A stretch of 64,000 nt of DNA from the human T2T-CHM13v2.0 reference genome, Homo sapiens: NCBI RefSeq assembly GCF_009914755.1, contig NC_060932.1; one strand, given 5' to 3'. Under the pieces are notes generated by a model. That model saw only the letters and a list, made by a program, of their open reading frames with translations. It searched no databases and had not been told where the DNA came from. Numbering within the stretch: the first letter of the stretch is position 1; every line of letters starts with the position of its first letter. Positions 39,301-52,818 of this stretch are shown in pieces. The position numbers and the translations under genes were made by a program.

Positions 39301-41535
39301 CCCAGGTCTGCCTGGAGCACCTTGCTAGCCCTAGCTGAGCACGGTGAGCCAGCTGGGGAGGGGCAGGGCAAGCTGCTTACCCGCATGTTGGGGTCACTCA
39401 GCGAGTGCCTGGCGCGAGCAATGGCCTCCTCTGTGACCCGGGTGTCCCCATTGGTCTGGATTTCCAGTACAGCCATCTGGGGCACAGAGCCAGGTCAGGC
39501 ATGGGGAAGGGACCACACAGGTGAGCCAGGCAGGGCACAGTTAGGAGGAGGGCAGAGCACAAGGTGGAGGGCGGGGGCAGTACCTCCAGCGCACACATCC
39601 CAAAGGAGAAGATGTCCACAGCGGTCCCATCGGCCACCTCTGAACAGAAGAGAGCACAGGACACGTAGGAGAGAAGCGCAGGGTAGGCACGGGGCACCCG
39701 GACCCAGCACCACTCACCTCCATACTCTGGGGGGAAGAAGTGCAGGTTCCGAAGTTCCTCTCGCTCAGCGCGGATGGGGCTTCGGAGATCATCTGGAAGT
39801 GCTGTGGGAGGGCGCAGAGCTGAGCGGGCGGGGACCTCTCCAGGACCCCGTCCCCCCAAAGTCCGCACTTACCATTGGAGAAGATTCGGTGCCACACTGC
39901 CAAGGGGCGGGAGAAAGAGTGGAGTTAGCTGCTGGGGCATCAGAACTCCTCTGCCCTTGGCTCCAGGCACCTTCCCCTGCCCCGTTCCCCCACCCAGCCC
40001 TGCCCCGCCAGCACCGGAGCCGATCTTGATGAGGCCGTTGTGCTGAATGAAGATGGTGTCGCTGGTCAGGTTCCCGTGGATGATTGGGGGGCTGCAGGCG
40101 TGCAGGAAGCTGCAGACGTTGGGGAGGGGAGAGTAGGAGGAGCCGGTCAGGAGGCTCTGGAGAGATGGGGGCTCGGTGGCGCCGCGCCCAGGCCAGCCCA
40201 GGCCCTCACCTGAGCGCAGACAGGATCTGCGTGCACCAGCGCTTCCAGGCCTGGCGGCGGACGCACGACTCCGTCGGTCGGGTGGGCGCAGGAGAGGCGG
40301 CTGGGCCTGCGGAGCCCGCCCCGCATCCTCGCCCAGCCCCTGTCCGAGGCCGCCGGGCACCCCCTCACCATCCCAGTCCCCGAGGCTGCCCCAACCCCGT
40401 CCTGTCCCCGTGGCTGCCCCAGCCCGCTCCCCATACCCGGGCGTTCATGGCCTTGTGGTTCTTCTTGGTCTTTTTGAGGAATTGCTTGAGGCTGCCTGAT
40501 GACACGTACTCTGTGATGAAGATGACCTGCACGGTGCGAGCTCAGGATTTCCACCAGCTGCGGGTTCGTCCCCATGCCCGCCCCACCTAGCTGTGGTCTC
40601 TGCCTGCCCGGGGCCTTGCCCGTGCTCACCCTCGCGCAGGCCTCAGAGGTATCCAGCCAGTACTTGTGCAACTTCACGATGTTCGGGTGGTCCACCAGCA
40701 CCAGCTGCTCGAACACGGTCTGGATCTTCTCCTGGGGAGGGAGGGTGGTCGCTGGGTGGTCAGCAGGTGGTCACCCAAGCAGGATGAGGAGGGGGCAGCG
40801 GTCTCACCTCGTGCGCCGCGAAGGCCTTCCTGTCTCCGAAGTGGAGCTCGTTCCACACCACCTCTACCCCCTCCTCCGTGTCCATGGCTAGGAAGGTGCT
40901 CTGAAGCCCTGGCATGTTCCCTTGGTTTACCTGGGGGTGAATAAAGGGTTATGTGTGCCCTGGTGTGTGTCAGGGTTGTGGGTGAGGATTTGGTCCCTGT
41001 CCACACCTTTCCAGTGGGCCCAAGCGTGGGCTGCAGGCCCTGAGCCACTCTGCGGGAAGGTGGGGCTTGGAGGGTAGCTGCCCCCAGGAGCCAAGGGCTC
41101 CTATCCAAGGGCTGGGCTAAGGGGATTTGGAGCAGGTTTCAGGGGGTCGAGGGGGATCCCCAGGAAGCTAGCGGCTGAGTCCAGAGGCATGGGGAGGTGG
41201 TCCTGGGAGGAGACTGGCCCTCAGGGAGTCCCAGGGCGAGCGCCAGGCCAAAGGGGTCCAGGGGTGGCTGATTCGCGGGCCGCGAGGGGCCGCGGAGAGG
41301 TTTCCAGCCGCCGCGCTCTCCCAGCGCCCCCACGCCCCGCGCAGCCTCCAGGCCCCTCCCGCTCTGGGAGGGCGGTGTCACCCCGTGCCCCAACCCCCGC
41401 GCCCACCTGCTCCCGTCGCTTTTGCCAGCGACCACACGGGCTTTCCTCCAGGATGTCGCTCTCGTCCTCGCTCTCGTCCTCCCGCTCCCGCTCCCGTTCC
41501 CGGGCCCGCCTCGGCGCCGGCTCCGGGGCCGCCAT
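36363..41535 (-). CDS. NRBP2: Nuclear receptor-binding protein 2 (pseudokinase), 501 aa
   Basis: ATG at 41535 (MAAPEPAPRR). Exons 41407-41535, 40808-40930, 40630-40731, 40437-40526, 40210-40250, 40015-40109, 39873-39896, 39718-39801, 39584-39639, 39381-39476, 38324-38456, 38108-38210, 37950-38000, 37740-37875, 36828-36881, 36668-36731, 36521-36576, 36363-36431. Sum 1506 nt. Degenerate kinase motifs (HGNLTSD for HRD, IGS for DFG); ends KYRGTQA*. Confidence 0.97.
38457..38517 (-). ncRNA. MIR6845: microRNA 6845 precursor (5'-tailed mirtron in NRBP2 intron)
   Basis: Minus strand CGGGGCCAGAGCAGAGAGC ... CCTCTCCTCCCTGTGCCCCAG, ending exactly at the acceptor of exon 38324-38456. Confidence 0.85.
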
Positions 41536-42360
41536 GGTTCGGCCAGCCCAGGCCACCGCCCTCTGCGCGATCCGCCGCCGGCGCAGCCTCTCCCGGCCCG
41601 CCCTGGCCTCGCGCCCAGCAGCCCAGCCTAGAGCCGCCGCGGCAGCCTAGAGCCCCAGCCCCGGCTCTGGGAATTGGGAGGCGCGGGCGCGCGGCGGACG
41701 GGCGGGGCCCGGGGGCGGAGCCGGCGCGCACCTCCCGAGCCGCCTGTGCCTGCCGGAGCCAGAGCAGAGCTTCCCCGAGAGCTGCCGAGCCCGGGCCGCG
41801 CCCAGGCCCCGCCCCCCCGGAGGCCCCGCCCCGCGAAGCCCCGCCCCAGTCCCTGTTTCCTCCTCGTCTCCCAGGCCTGCTCCGCGAAGCCCCTCCCCAG
41901 GCCCTGTCCCCTCCTCGTCCTCCAAGCCTCCTTCGCGAAGCCCCGCCCCAGGACCCGCCCCACCCCCGCGAATCCCCGCCCCGTTTTAGTCCCCGCCCCC
42001 GCCCGTTCCCAGGGTCCTCCGCGAAGCCCCACCCCAGGCCCCGCCTCACCTCCTCGAAGCCCCGCCCCTATGAGGCCCCGCCCCGCGCAGAGGAACCGCC
42101 CCCAAATCCCCGCCCCCTCGGAGGCCCCGCCCTGCGGACACCTGGAGCCCGGAGCGCCCACTTCTCTCGCGGTTGCTCCCCTAGGATCTGGGGGAAGACC
42201 CGGGGCATCTGGGGGCCCCCAAGCCCACGGCACCCTCCAGCTGCAGAAGACCCCGCGGGCTCGAAAGCGGGACCCGCTCTCCTGGCCACGCACTCATTCC
42301 CCGGCCGACCCCCAAGGGACAGGTCGAAGGGGCACCGAGGGCGGGGGAAAGGCCCACCAG
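41270..42360. promoter_or_regulatory. CpG island / NRBP2 promoter with a GC-box array
   Basis: CpG-rich, with many CCCCGCCC boxes between 41800 and 42130. Confidence 0.88.
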
Positions 42361-42926
42361 CAGGCTGACCCAGGCTGACTTTGATCGGTGACCACGAATC
42401 TCTCCCTGGCCCGCCCACCAGTGCCTCCTCCCGCCCACAAGCCCATCTTCTCACTTTCCAGGATGGCGATTTTCTCTTTTCTCCTCAAACGCGCATTTCC
42501 TTTCCGCGGCTGGCTCCCATGGGACAGTGGAACCATGAGGGGGGAGCCCACCCGGCTCACACGACCTCTCCCTCCGGAGGCCGCTCTAAGCACACCCTCC
42601 AGCCACGCCGACCACCGGGGCTGTCCCCGATTCTCACCTAAAACCCCCTTCAGCCCACAGCCCCCACGGCCTTCCTGTGGTCTCCTCCCTCCTTCACGGC
42701 GGGTCCTCATCCTTTACCTTCTCTCTCTGGAGCCCAAATTGGAACTCCGCTCCTCCCCTCCGCGCAGCTCCATGCACTGGCCCTTTGGGACGCCTCTTTC
42801 TTTCTTTGGCAGAGGTGCATCTGGCCCTGCTGCGTCCCCTGTGGTCTCTCTTTTCTGACCAGCCTTGGTCACCAGGCACCTTGTGTGTGGTTTCCACCAA
42901 TGCCAGGTGATCCTGCTGAGGCCCTC

Positions 42927-43680
42927 TGCAGTAAAGGTTTGGGGTGTTCAAATCCTCCACCCTGAAACTGGCCCTGACCAGCTCCTGGGAGACACCCTCT
43001 AAGCCCTTGGAATGTTCTGCCTGATTTGAATGTCTGTGTTTACCTCGGCCACACCAGATTCTATGCTAAGCTTGTCCAACCCGCAGCCCAGAGGGTGCAT
43101 TCGGCCAAGGACAGCTTTGAATATGGCCCAACACAAATTCATAAACTTTCTTATTGAGATTTTTTTTAAAGCTCATCAGCTGTTGTTAGTGTTAAGTGTA
43201 TTTTATTTAAGGGTATTGCCCAGGACAATTCTTCCAATGTGTGCCAGGAAAGCCCACAGATTGGACACCCCTGGTCTGTGCTAACAATATGGTCTACGGG
43301 GGGACCTTGGGCCATGTGGCATCAGCCTGACCTCTGCAGGGGCTGGAGGCCAAAGTCAGCCACCTGGGAGGTCAGCCATGCCTGTGTGACCAACCCAATA
43401 AAAACCCTGGACACTGAGGTACGGAGGGCTTCCCTGGCTGCTGACATGCTGTGCTCATTGTCACACCTCAGTGCTGGGAGGTTGAGCACTGTCCCCATGC
43501 CTGCAGTGGGTGGGGACACCTGCAGACCCGTGCTGGTCTGTCCTGGGTTCTGTTCTGTGAGTCCTTGCCACTGCTGATTTTAACGCATCCATTGCTGTAA
43601 TAAATAGTACCCTTTCTGAGTTCTGTGAGTCCTTCTAGTGAACCATTGAACTTGAGGGTGGTTTTGGGGAGCCCCCCCAG
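42927..43680 (+). mobile_element. MER21-like LTR with a nested MER30 DNA transposon (~43065-43275)
   Basis: MER21 motifs (CTCTAAGCCCTTGGAATG, CCAATAAAAACCCTGGACAC); MER30 GTCCAACC...AGATTGGACACCCCTG. Confidence 0.65.
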
Positions 43681-43819
43681 TGGTCCCTTCTCACTTGGTA
43701 TGAGGGCCTAAACATGAAGGCCCAGTAATTGGTCCCATTACCCTACCTCACGTCAGCTGCCTTCTTCAGCTGAGCCCACCCCAAGTACACGGCCCTGTGC
43801 CATCGGACATGACAGGCAC

Positions 43820-44160
43820 TTCCCCTCAGGGTCTCTGCCCTGGTTATACCTTTGCCCGGAACGCCCTTCCCAAACATCCTCTGAGGTCACTTCCTGAGAG
43901 GCCTGTCCTGACCACGAATCCTGACATCACAGTCCCCACACCCTTTCGCCTGCTTGACTTGACTTTTCCCGGAGTATTCACCCCACCTGACTTGCATCTG
44001 GGTTTTTCTCATCTCTCTTCTTCACTGTCTGTGTCCCTGTTGCGATTCGAGCTCCCGCAGGGCAGGAGTGTCTGCTCGTTGTCCCTGCTCTTTCTCTGGT
44101 GCGAGGACGGTACCCGGCACACAGCAGGCCCTCAGCAAACACTTGTTGAATGGATCTGTG
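43820..44160 (+). mobile_element. L2 3' remnant
   Basis: CCGGCACACAGCAGGCCCTCAGCAAACACTTGTTGAATG, an L2 terminus motif. Confidence 0.55.
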
Positions 44161-44284
44161 GGTGGGCAGGGGTGCGTTTTGGCGGGTGTGGTCCAGAGAA
44201 GCCCCTAAGGAGGTAAGCCTTGAGCAGAAGAATCTCAATGAATTTCCTCCCCTTTCTCCGCCCCCATAACCAGACACACATGTT

Positions 44285-45720
44285 CTGTGGTAGGTCACAT
44301 AGTGTCCCCCAAAAGTCTACATCCTGATCCCCAGTACCTAGGAGCACAGCCTTATTTGAAAAAAAAAAAATGGTCTTTGCAGATGTAAATAAGTTTAGGA
44401 TCTTGAGATGCTGGGGTGGGCCCTAAATCCAATGTTTGATGTCCTTATCAGAGAAAGAAAAGGGATACTTGGGGTGCAGAGAAATAAGGTAGACAGTCAC
44501 ATGAACATGGAGGCCAGTGTTGGAGGGATGTACCCACAGGTCAAGGCGTGCCTGGGACTCGAGGACACGAGCTGTTCCAGTATAATAAAATATATAAAAT
44601 AAGAATAGTTGTACTGATATAGATCTTAGATATGATTATATATGAATATCATTAATCATTAGTTTGTAGCAATTACTCTTTATTCCAATATTATAATAAT
44701 CCTCACTCTATAATCATAGCCTAGGAAAAACCAGGCCATACAGAGATAGGAGCTGAGGGGGCATAGTGAGGAGTGACCAGAACACAAGAGTGCGAGCCCT
44801 CTGTTATGCCCAGACAGGGCCACCAGAGGGCTCCTTGGTCTAGCGGTAACGCCAGCGTCTGGGAAGATGCCTGTTGCCAAGTGGACCTTGGTCTAGCGGT
44901 AGGCGCAGTGTCAAGGAAAAACACCTGCTACTTAGCAGACCGGGAAAGGGAGTCTCCCTTGCCCCGGTGGAGTTTAAAGAAGACTCTACTCCTCCACCTC
45001 TTGTGGAGGGCCTGACATTAGTCAGGCTCGCCCGCAGTTATCTGGAGGCCTAACCGTCTCCCTGTGATGCTGTGCTTCAGTGGTCACGTTCCTAGTCCGC
45101 CTTCATGTTCCATCCTGTACACCTGGCTCTGCCTTCTAGATAGCAGTAGCAAATTAGTGAAAGTACTAAAAGTCTCTGATATGTAGAAATAATGGCGTAA
45201 GTTGTTTCTCTCTCTCTCTCCTCTCTCTCTGCCTCGGCTGCCAGGCAGGGAAGGGCCCCCTGTCCAGTGGACACATGACCCACGTGGCCTTACCTATCAT
45301 TGGAGATGGCTCACTCTCCTTATCCTGCCCCTTTGTCTTGTATCCAATAAATATCAGTGCAGCCTGGCATTCGGGGCCACTACCGGTCTCCGCGACTTGG
45401 TGGTAGTGGTCCCCCGGGCCCAGCTGCCTTTTCTTTTATCTCTTTGTCTTGTGTCTTTATTTCTACACTCTCTCGTCTCTGCACACGGGGAGAGACCCAC
45501 CGTCCCTGTGGGGCTGGACCCTACTTGGGACTGCCAGGGCCATGAGTGGTGAGGAGAGAGTCCTGGGATGGATTCTCCCTCGGAGCCTCCGGAAGCATCA
45601 GCCCTACCGATACCTTGATTTTGCACTTCCAGCCTCCAGCACAGTGAGCGAATCTGTTTGTGCTGTTTTACGCTACTCCTCCATCTCTGGTGCTGCTCCA
45701 GCATGACCCCCGTGGTAAGA
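44285..45720 (+). mobile_element. MLT1 (MaLR) LTR split by the LTR13
   Basis: MLT1-like GGTCTTTGCAGATGTAA...GGGTGGGCCCTAAATCCAATG on the left; GATTCTCCCTCGGAGCCTCC...CTTCCAGCCTCCAG on the right. Confidence 0.7.
44559..45525 (+). mobile_element. LTR13-family (ERVK) solo LTR, 5'-truncated
   Basis: CACGAGCTGTTCCAGTATAATAAAATATAT... through ...CCCTGTGGGGCTGGACCCTAC; TGGGAC on both flanks. Confidence 0.8.
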
Positions 45721-46024
45721 ACAGTAACGTGACAACAGCTATGTGTTCGCGTGCAGGGATGCGTCCCAGCATTTATTCCCATGCACAGAGTGGGTCGTCC
45801 CACTGCCTGCCCACGCACAGAAGTGGTGGCCGCTGCGGCACACCCTCCCTGGCCTCACTCAGGCTGTGCCCCAGGGCGGGGGCGTACCCTCCCTTCTGCT
45901 CGGCCTCTGAGCTTCTCCACCCCTTGATGCTGCCAGGCCATTTCAATTTATTGGAAGTTCTCTAGGGCTGCTCTTAGCCATTGAGCCATCCACCTGCCCT
46001 CTGAGCCTAATCTGTGAATTGGCT

Positions 46025-46326
46025 TTTTTTTTATTTTTTATTTTTTTCAGAGACAGGGTCTCACTCTGTTACCCTGGAGTGCAGTGGTGTAATCACAGCT
46101 CACGGCAGCCTCAAATTCCTGGGCTCAAGGGATCCTCCCACCTCAGCCTCCTGAATAACTGGGACTATAGGCACATGCCACTGCACCCAGCTATTTTTTA
46201 AAACTTTTTGTAGAGCCAGTCTTGCTATATTGCCCAAGCTCATCTTGAACTGCTGGGCTCCAGGGATCCTCCTGCGTCAGCCTCCTGAGTAGCTGGGAGT
46301 GCAGGCGTGAGCCGCTGTGCCTGGCC
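46025..46326 (-). mobile_element. Alu (AluJ-like)
   Basis: Antisense Alu consensus. Confidence 0.8.
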
Positions 46327-47119
46327 CCCTGTGCGATGCCTTGTGATGCCAACTGCAGGTTCGCTGCTCACTGCCTCCTCCTCTTCCACCTTGCAGATCT
46401 ACTGGGGCTCCATGGTTGTCACCTCAGAGTCTTCCCAAGCCTCTCCCTCCTGTGAGGCATGCAGGTGAGCTGCTCTCTGAATTCCTGCAGATTTCTTTCC
46501 CATTGGCAGGTGGACGATCCCCGGGCTTGCAGGGCTCAGGACTGCTGTCCTGGATGCCAGGAATCCTAGGGTGGGAGAAAGCCAGGGGGTTCCAGCTCTG
46601 GGGGGTCAGAGGAGCACCAGAGGACCCCTCCCACTGTCTGTCCTGGTGACCCTGCCTCCTGGTCTTCCGCCTCATGTGCAATCCCCTCCCAGGAGTGTGG
46701 ACTGGACTGAGTGACTTGCTTCCAGGGCTAGAACACAGCAGAGGCACTGGGCTAGTGCCTCCCAGATTGGGCGGTGGAGACAGTGGCTTGCTGGCTTCCC
46801 AGCTCACTCCGAGCAAGCCTGTGAAGGGTACACACAGCCAGAAACAGCCGTTTCCAGACAGCAGCCATGAAGGCCTGTGGCGGCCAGCAACCAGCTTGGA
46901 AGCTGGTATGTGCGCACATGTGTGTATGTGAAGTACTGATTAGGAATAATTATTTCCAAAATGATTTCAGGAGGATAGCAATATATTTAGTCATAACTCA
47001 ATCCTAAGGAATAGAGGCATCTATTCAGCATACAGATAAGGCAAAGTCCAAGTTGAAGATAATTGACACCTATGGTGAGCTCTCCTCGTGTCAACAGCCC
47101 TCCCTGGTGGGATCTTGGC

Positions 47120-47645
47120 GTATGCACCAAATTGCTTTAAAGGACTATTTGCGTGACAGTGAGACCGCACAACAACTCACATCACTCACTCCTTTTTTGT
47201 TGAAGGGGTCTTTACCCACTCTTGCACATAGGTTAGGATAATTGTAGAGCACTGAGATAAAATGCAAGGACAGTAGTTTTCATGTAGTTTTTGAAACTAA
47301 TTCGAGGATTGAAGGGAAAGCATGTAAACAGCTATCTATATTTTGTTGAAGATTTACAGGAGCATTGTGACCTGAAAAGGAAGAGGAAGTTCCCAACCTC
47401 CTTGGAGCCTCATTGGCACCCAGCTGTCATCCATCACCCCTTGATCGCAAGCCCTCCTCTTTCCCCTGCCCTGAACTTGTAAAGGGCCTGAACCTCATAC
47501 TGGCATGAGATGGTTCCTGAGGATGCTCATTCGCATCTGCTGGGCTTGCTGCTCTCCAAAATGAAGTTGCCTTCTCGGCTTCAACTCCTTGTCTGGACTG
47601 ATTGGCTGTCATGCAGCAGCAGCACAAGTTTGGACTTGTTAACCT
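47120..47645 (+). mobile_element. Old ERV LTR remnant, family not determined
   Basis: LTR-like 3' end (GATTGGCTGTCATGCAGC...TTTGGACTTGTTAAC). Confidence 0.45.
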
Positions 47646-47677
47646 TTGGACATTTTTAGTTACTTATGAAACTTGCT

Positions 47678-48103
<426 letters not shown>

Positions 48104-48651
48104 GAATTGCATTTTGTCAGAAGAGCAGCACCAACAAATGAATACAAAGCTGTCTGACAGGTAGTCCTTGTAACGGTCGAACATTCCTCACCCTCTCTTC
48201 TCTCTGTACCTGTGATACTGTACAGCAGAAGGAAAGACCCTTCTGTAACTGACCCGGCCCTACACATGAGCCTCACCACAGACCAGCAGGGACAAAAGCT
48301 AGGTTTGATTCTGTTCCTTGCAGTAATTAAGTCAGGCCCCGTCAGATGAAGCTCAGTGTCTCCAAGCTGAGGGTCGGGCCTCTCAGAGGGCTCAGTCTTC
48401 CACAACATGCTCCCTTTCCAGGGTTGGCGTCTGGACATGTTGGGAGGGGCTCTTATGACCTTGGGGTTGGGGAAGAGTCTGGTTCTTTGGCTGTCTGTGG
48501 AACCTCCTCTGGTCTTGCTTTGTTGCTACTTTTGGGAGATCAGTTGTTAGTCTACCTCTTGTTCACAGGCAATCTGACTTTTCTTTCTGGCTGCCTTTCA
48601 GACCTTCTCTCAGCCTTTGGATGTCTGCAGTATCACTAAGATATGGATAGG

Positions 48652-48960
48652 GGCCGGGTGCCATGGCTCACGCCTGTAATCCCAGCACTTTGGGAGGCCG
48701 AGGCGGACAGATCACGAGGTCAGGACATTGAGACCATCCTGGCTAACACAGTGAAACCCTGTCTCTACTAAAAATACAAAAAACTAGCTGGGCATGATGG
48801 CGGGTGCCTGTAGTCCCAGATACTCAGGGGGCTGAGGAAGGAGAATGGCATGAACCTGGGAGGCAGAGCTTGCAGTGAGCCGAGATTGCGCCACTGCACT
48901 CCAGCCTGGGCAACAGAGCAAGACTCCATCTCAAAAAAAAAAAAAAAGAAAGAAAGAAAG
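48652..48960 (+). mobile_element. AluY-like
   Basis: GAGACCATCCTGGCTAACAC diagnostic sequence, A-tail. Confidence 0.85.
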
Positions 48961-49885
48961 TTAGAGATTGGGGACACTAATTTGGATATTAATGTCTTTG
49001 ATCTGGAAAATTCTAAACCTTTATCCTTTCCGATGTTTCCTCTGCCCCATTCTGTATCTTCTGACCTTCAAGGACTCCATTTGATGTATGTTGGACCATC
49101 TTACTGTTCTCTTTGCACCTTAGCTTCTCTCCTGCTCTTCCCAGCTTTTATCTCCGTGTGCTATATTCTCCAAAATTCCTTCTACTCTGTCTTCCATTTC
49201 ACCGACTCCCTCAGTGATTTGTCTGACATGCTGGTTAAATCTGCCCATTGAATTCTTAACTTTAGTTATTGCTGTTTACAGTTGACCGGGGCTATTTTAT
49301 GGTCTTTGTGGGTTTGTTCTGTCATTTCTGTGGGTTCTCACTCATGGAGTCTTCATTCCTGATGTGCTCTGGTTTCTTCACTTGTGTGCAGACCATTTTG
49401 AGAAGTATTTATAGGAATAAGCTGAAGTCACCACATGATGCATCCTCTTCCAGAGAATTTTGTCCACTTGTGACAAGGTCTGGGTGTTGCTCATCTGGAA
49501 CTGCCTTATCCCAAACTCAAGGCTTTAAGATCTTCAGATCACCCTAGTAGGCAGAAGTCTGTGCAAGGGCTGCTGGACCCTTAGGTTGTGACCCCTCAGG
49601 AGCTTCTGTAAAGTAGGAGGGTCTTTTGAGTTTCTCACCTTTGGTGGATCCTGGTTGGTCTGATGTCCCAGAAGCACCAGCTCCCTCTCTGTCTGGATTG
49701 TAGAGCTGTGTCCACAGGCCACTGTGGTTGAAGTTGGGGCAGATGTGAGTCCCCATCAGTGCCCTGGGCTGCGCACAGCTTAGTGTGCATTCTGACTCTA
49801 AGTTGTTGCCCTGGTGTGGGCTGTTGCCCCCACGTCTGCTGTGAGGCCACCTGTCCTCACTGTGGGCCCTACGGCATAGATGTAA

Positions 49886-50329
<444 letters not shown>

Positions 50330-50337
50330 GGATGTCT

Positions 50338-51606
50338 TTTTATTTTTAGAGATGGAGTTTTGCTCTCGTTGCCCAGGCTGGAATGCAGTGGTGAGATCTC
50401 GGCTCACTGCTGAAGGGGTGGGTTGCCCCTCCACACCTGTGGGTGTTTCTCGTTAGGTGGAACGAGAGACTTGGAAAAGAAAAAGACACAAAGTATAGAG
50501 AAAGAAATAAGGGGACCCGGGGAACCATCGTTCAGCATATGGAGGATCCCACCAGCCTCTGAGTTCCCTTAGTATTTATTCATCATTCGTGGGTGTTTCT
50601 CTGAGAGGGGGATGTGTCAGGGTCACAAGACAATAGTGGGGAGAGGGTCAGCAGACAAACACGTGAACAAAGGTCTCTGCATCATAGACAAGGTAAAGGA
50701 TTAAGTGCTGTGCTTTTAGATATGCATACACATAAACATCTCAATGCTTTACAAAGCAGTATTGCTGCCCGCAGGTCCCACCTCCAGCCCTAAGGCGGTT
50801 TTTCCCTATCTCAGTAGATGGAACGTACAATCGGGTTTTATACCGAGACATTCCATTGCCCAGGGACGGGCAGGAGACAGATGCCTTCCTCTTGTCTCAA
50901 CTGCAAGAGGCATTCCTTCCTCTTTTACTAATCCTCCTCAGCACAGACCCTTTACGGGTGTCGGGCTGGGGGACGGTCAGGTCTTTCCCTTCCCACGAGG
51001 CCATATTTCAGACTGTCACATGGGGAGAAACCTTGGACAATACCTGGCTTTCCTAGGCAGAGGTCCCTGCGGCCTTCCGCAGTGTTTGTGTCCCTGGGTA
51101 CTTGAGATTAGGGAGTGGTGATGACTCTTAAGGAGCATGCTGCCTTCAAGCATCTGTTTAACAAAGCACATCTTGCACCGCCCTTGATCCATTTAACCCT
51201 GAGTTTGACACAGCGCATGTTTCAGAGAGCATGGGTTTGGGGTAAGGTCACAGAATCTCAAGGCAGAAGAATTTTTCTTAGTACAGAACAAAATGGAGTC
51301 TCCCATGTCTACTTCTTTCTACACAGACACAGTGACAATCTGATCTCTCTTGCTTTTCCCCACACACTGCAACCTCTGCCTCCACATTCAAGTGATTCTC
51401 CTGCCTCAGCCTCTTGAGTAGCTGGGATTACAGGTGCCTGCCACTATGCCTGGCTAATTTTTTTTTTTTTTTTTTTTTTAGTAGAGACAGGGTTTCACCA
51501 TGTTGGATGTCAGTCAGGCTGGTCTCAAACTCCTGAGCTCAAGTGATCTACCCGCCTCGGCCTCCCAAAGTGCTGCGATTGCAGATGTGAGCCACCATGC
51601 CTGGCC
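50338..51606 (-). mobile_element. Alu split by the LTR5 (50338-50410 and 51365-51606)
   Basis: The Alu sequence GGCTCACTGC|AACCTCTGCCTCC resumes after the LTR. Confidence 0.85.
50411..51364 (-). mobile_element. HERV-K(HML-2) solo LTR (older LTR5_Hs/LTR5B type) inserted in an Alu
   Basis: Minus strand TGTGGGGAAAAGC...CCCACCCCTTCA, 954 bp; 6-bp TSD CACTGC at 50405-50410 and 51365-51370. Confidence 0.93.
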
Positions 51607-51717
51607 TGTCCAGATGTTTTTGAAACAACCCCCACCAGCACTGGAGGGAGTCAAGGGAAGACAAGCCAGGCATCTGAGCTCCTCTGTCTCTGCCTTTCCT
51701 TCTCACTGTCCCCAGGG

Positions 51718-51840
51718 TAACCCATCACCACCCCCATCACGAACCCCATCATGAACCCATCACCAATCCTATCACAAATGCCATCTCGAACCTCAGCACC
51801 AGCCCCTTTGTGAACCCCATCATGAACTGCGTCACTAACC
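51718..51840. repeat. Degenerate ~13-bp minisatellite (CCCCATCAYGAAC)
   Basis: Recurring CCCATCA motifs at 12-13 bp spacing. Confidence 0.65.
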
Positions 51841-51898
51841 TGTCTTCCAAGCCTATTGTCTTGCTGCAAAGTCTACTTTGAATATAAATCAGAATATA

Positions 51899-52818
<920 letters not shown>

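Noticed and set aside
41385-42378. Long Pro/Arg-rich ORFs at the NRBP2 promoter
   Set aside because: CpG-island composition depletes stop codons
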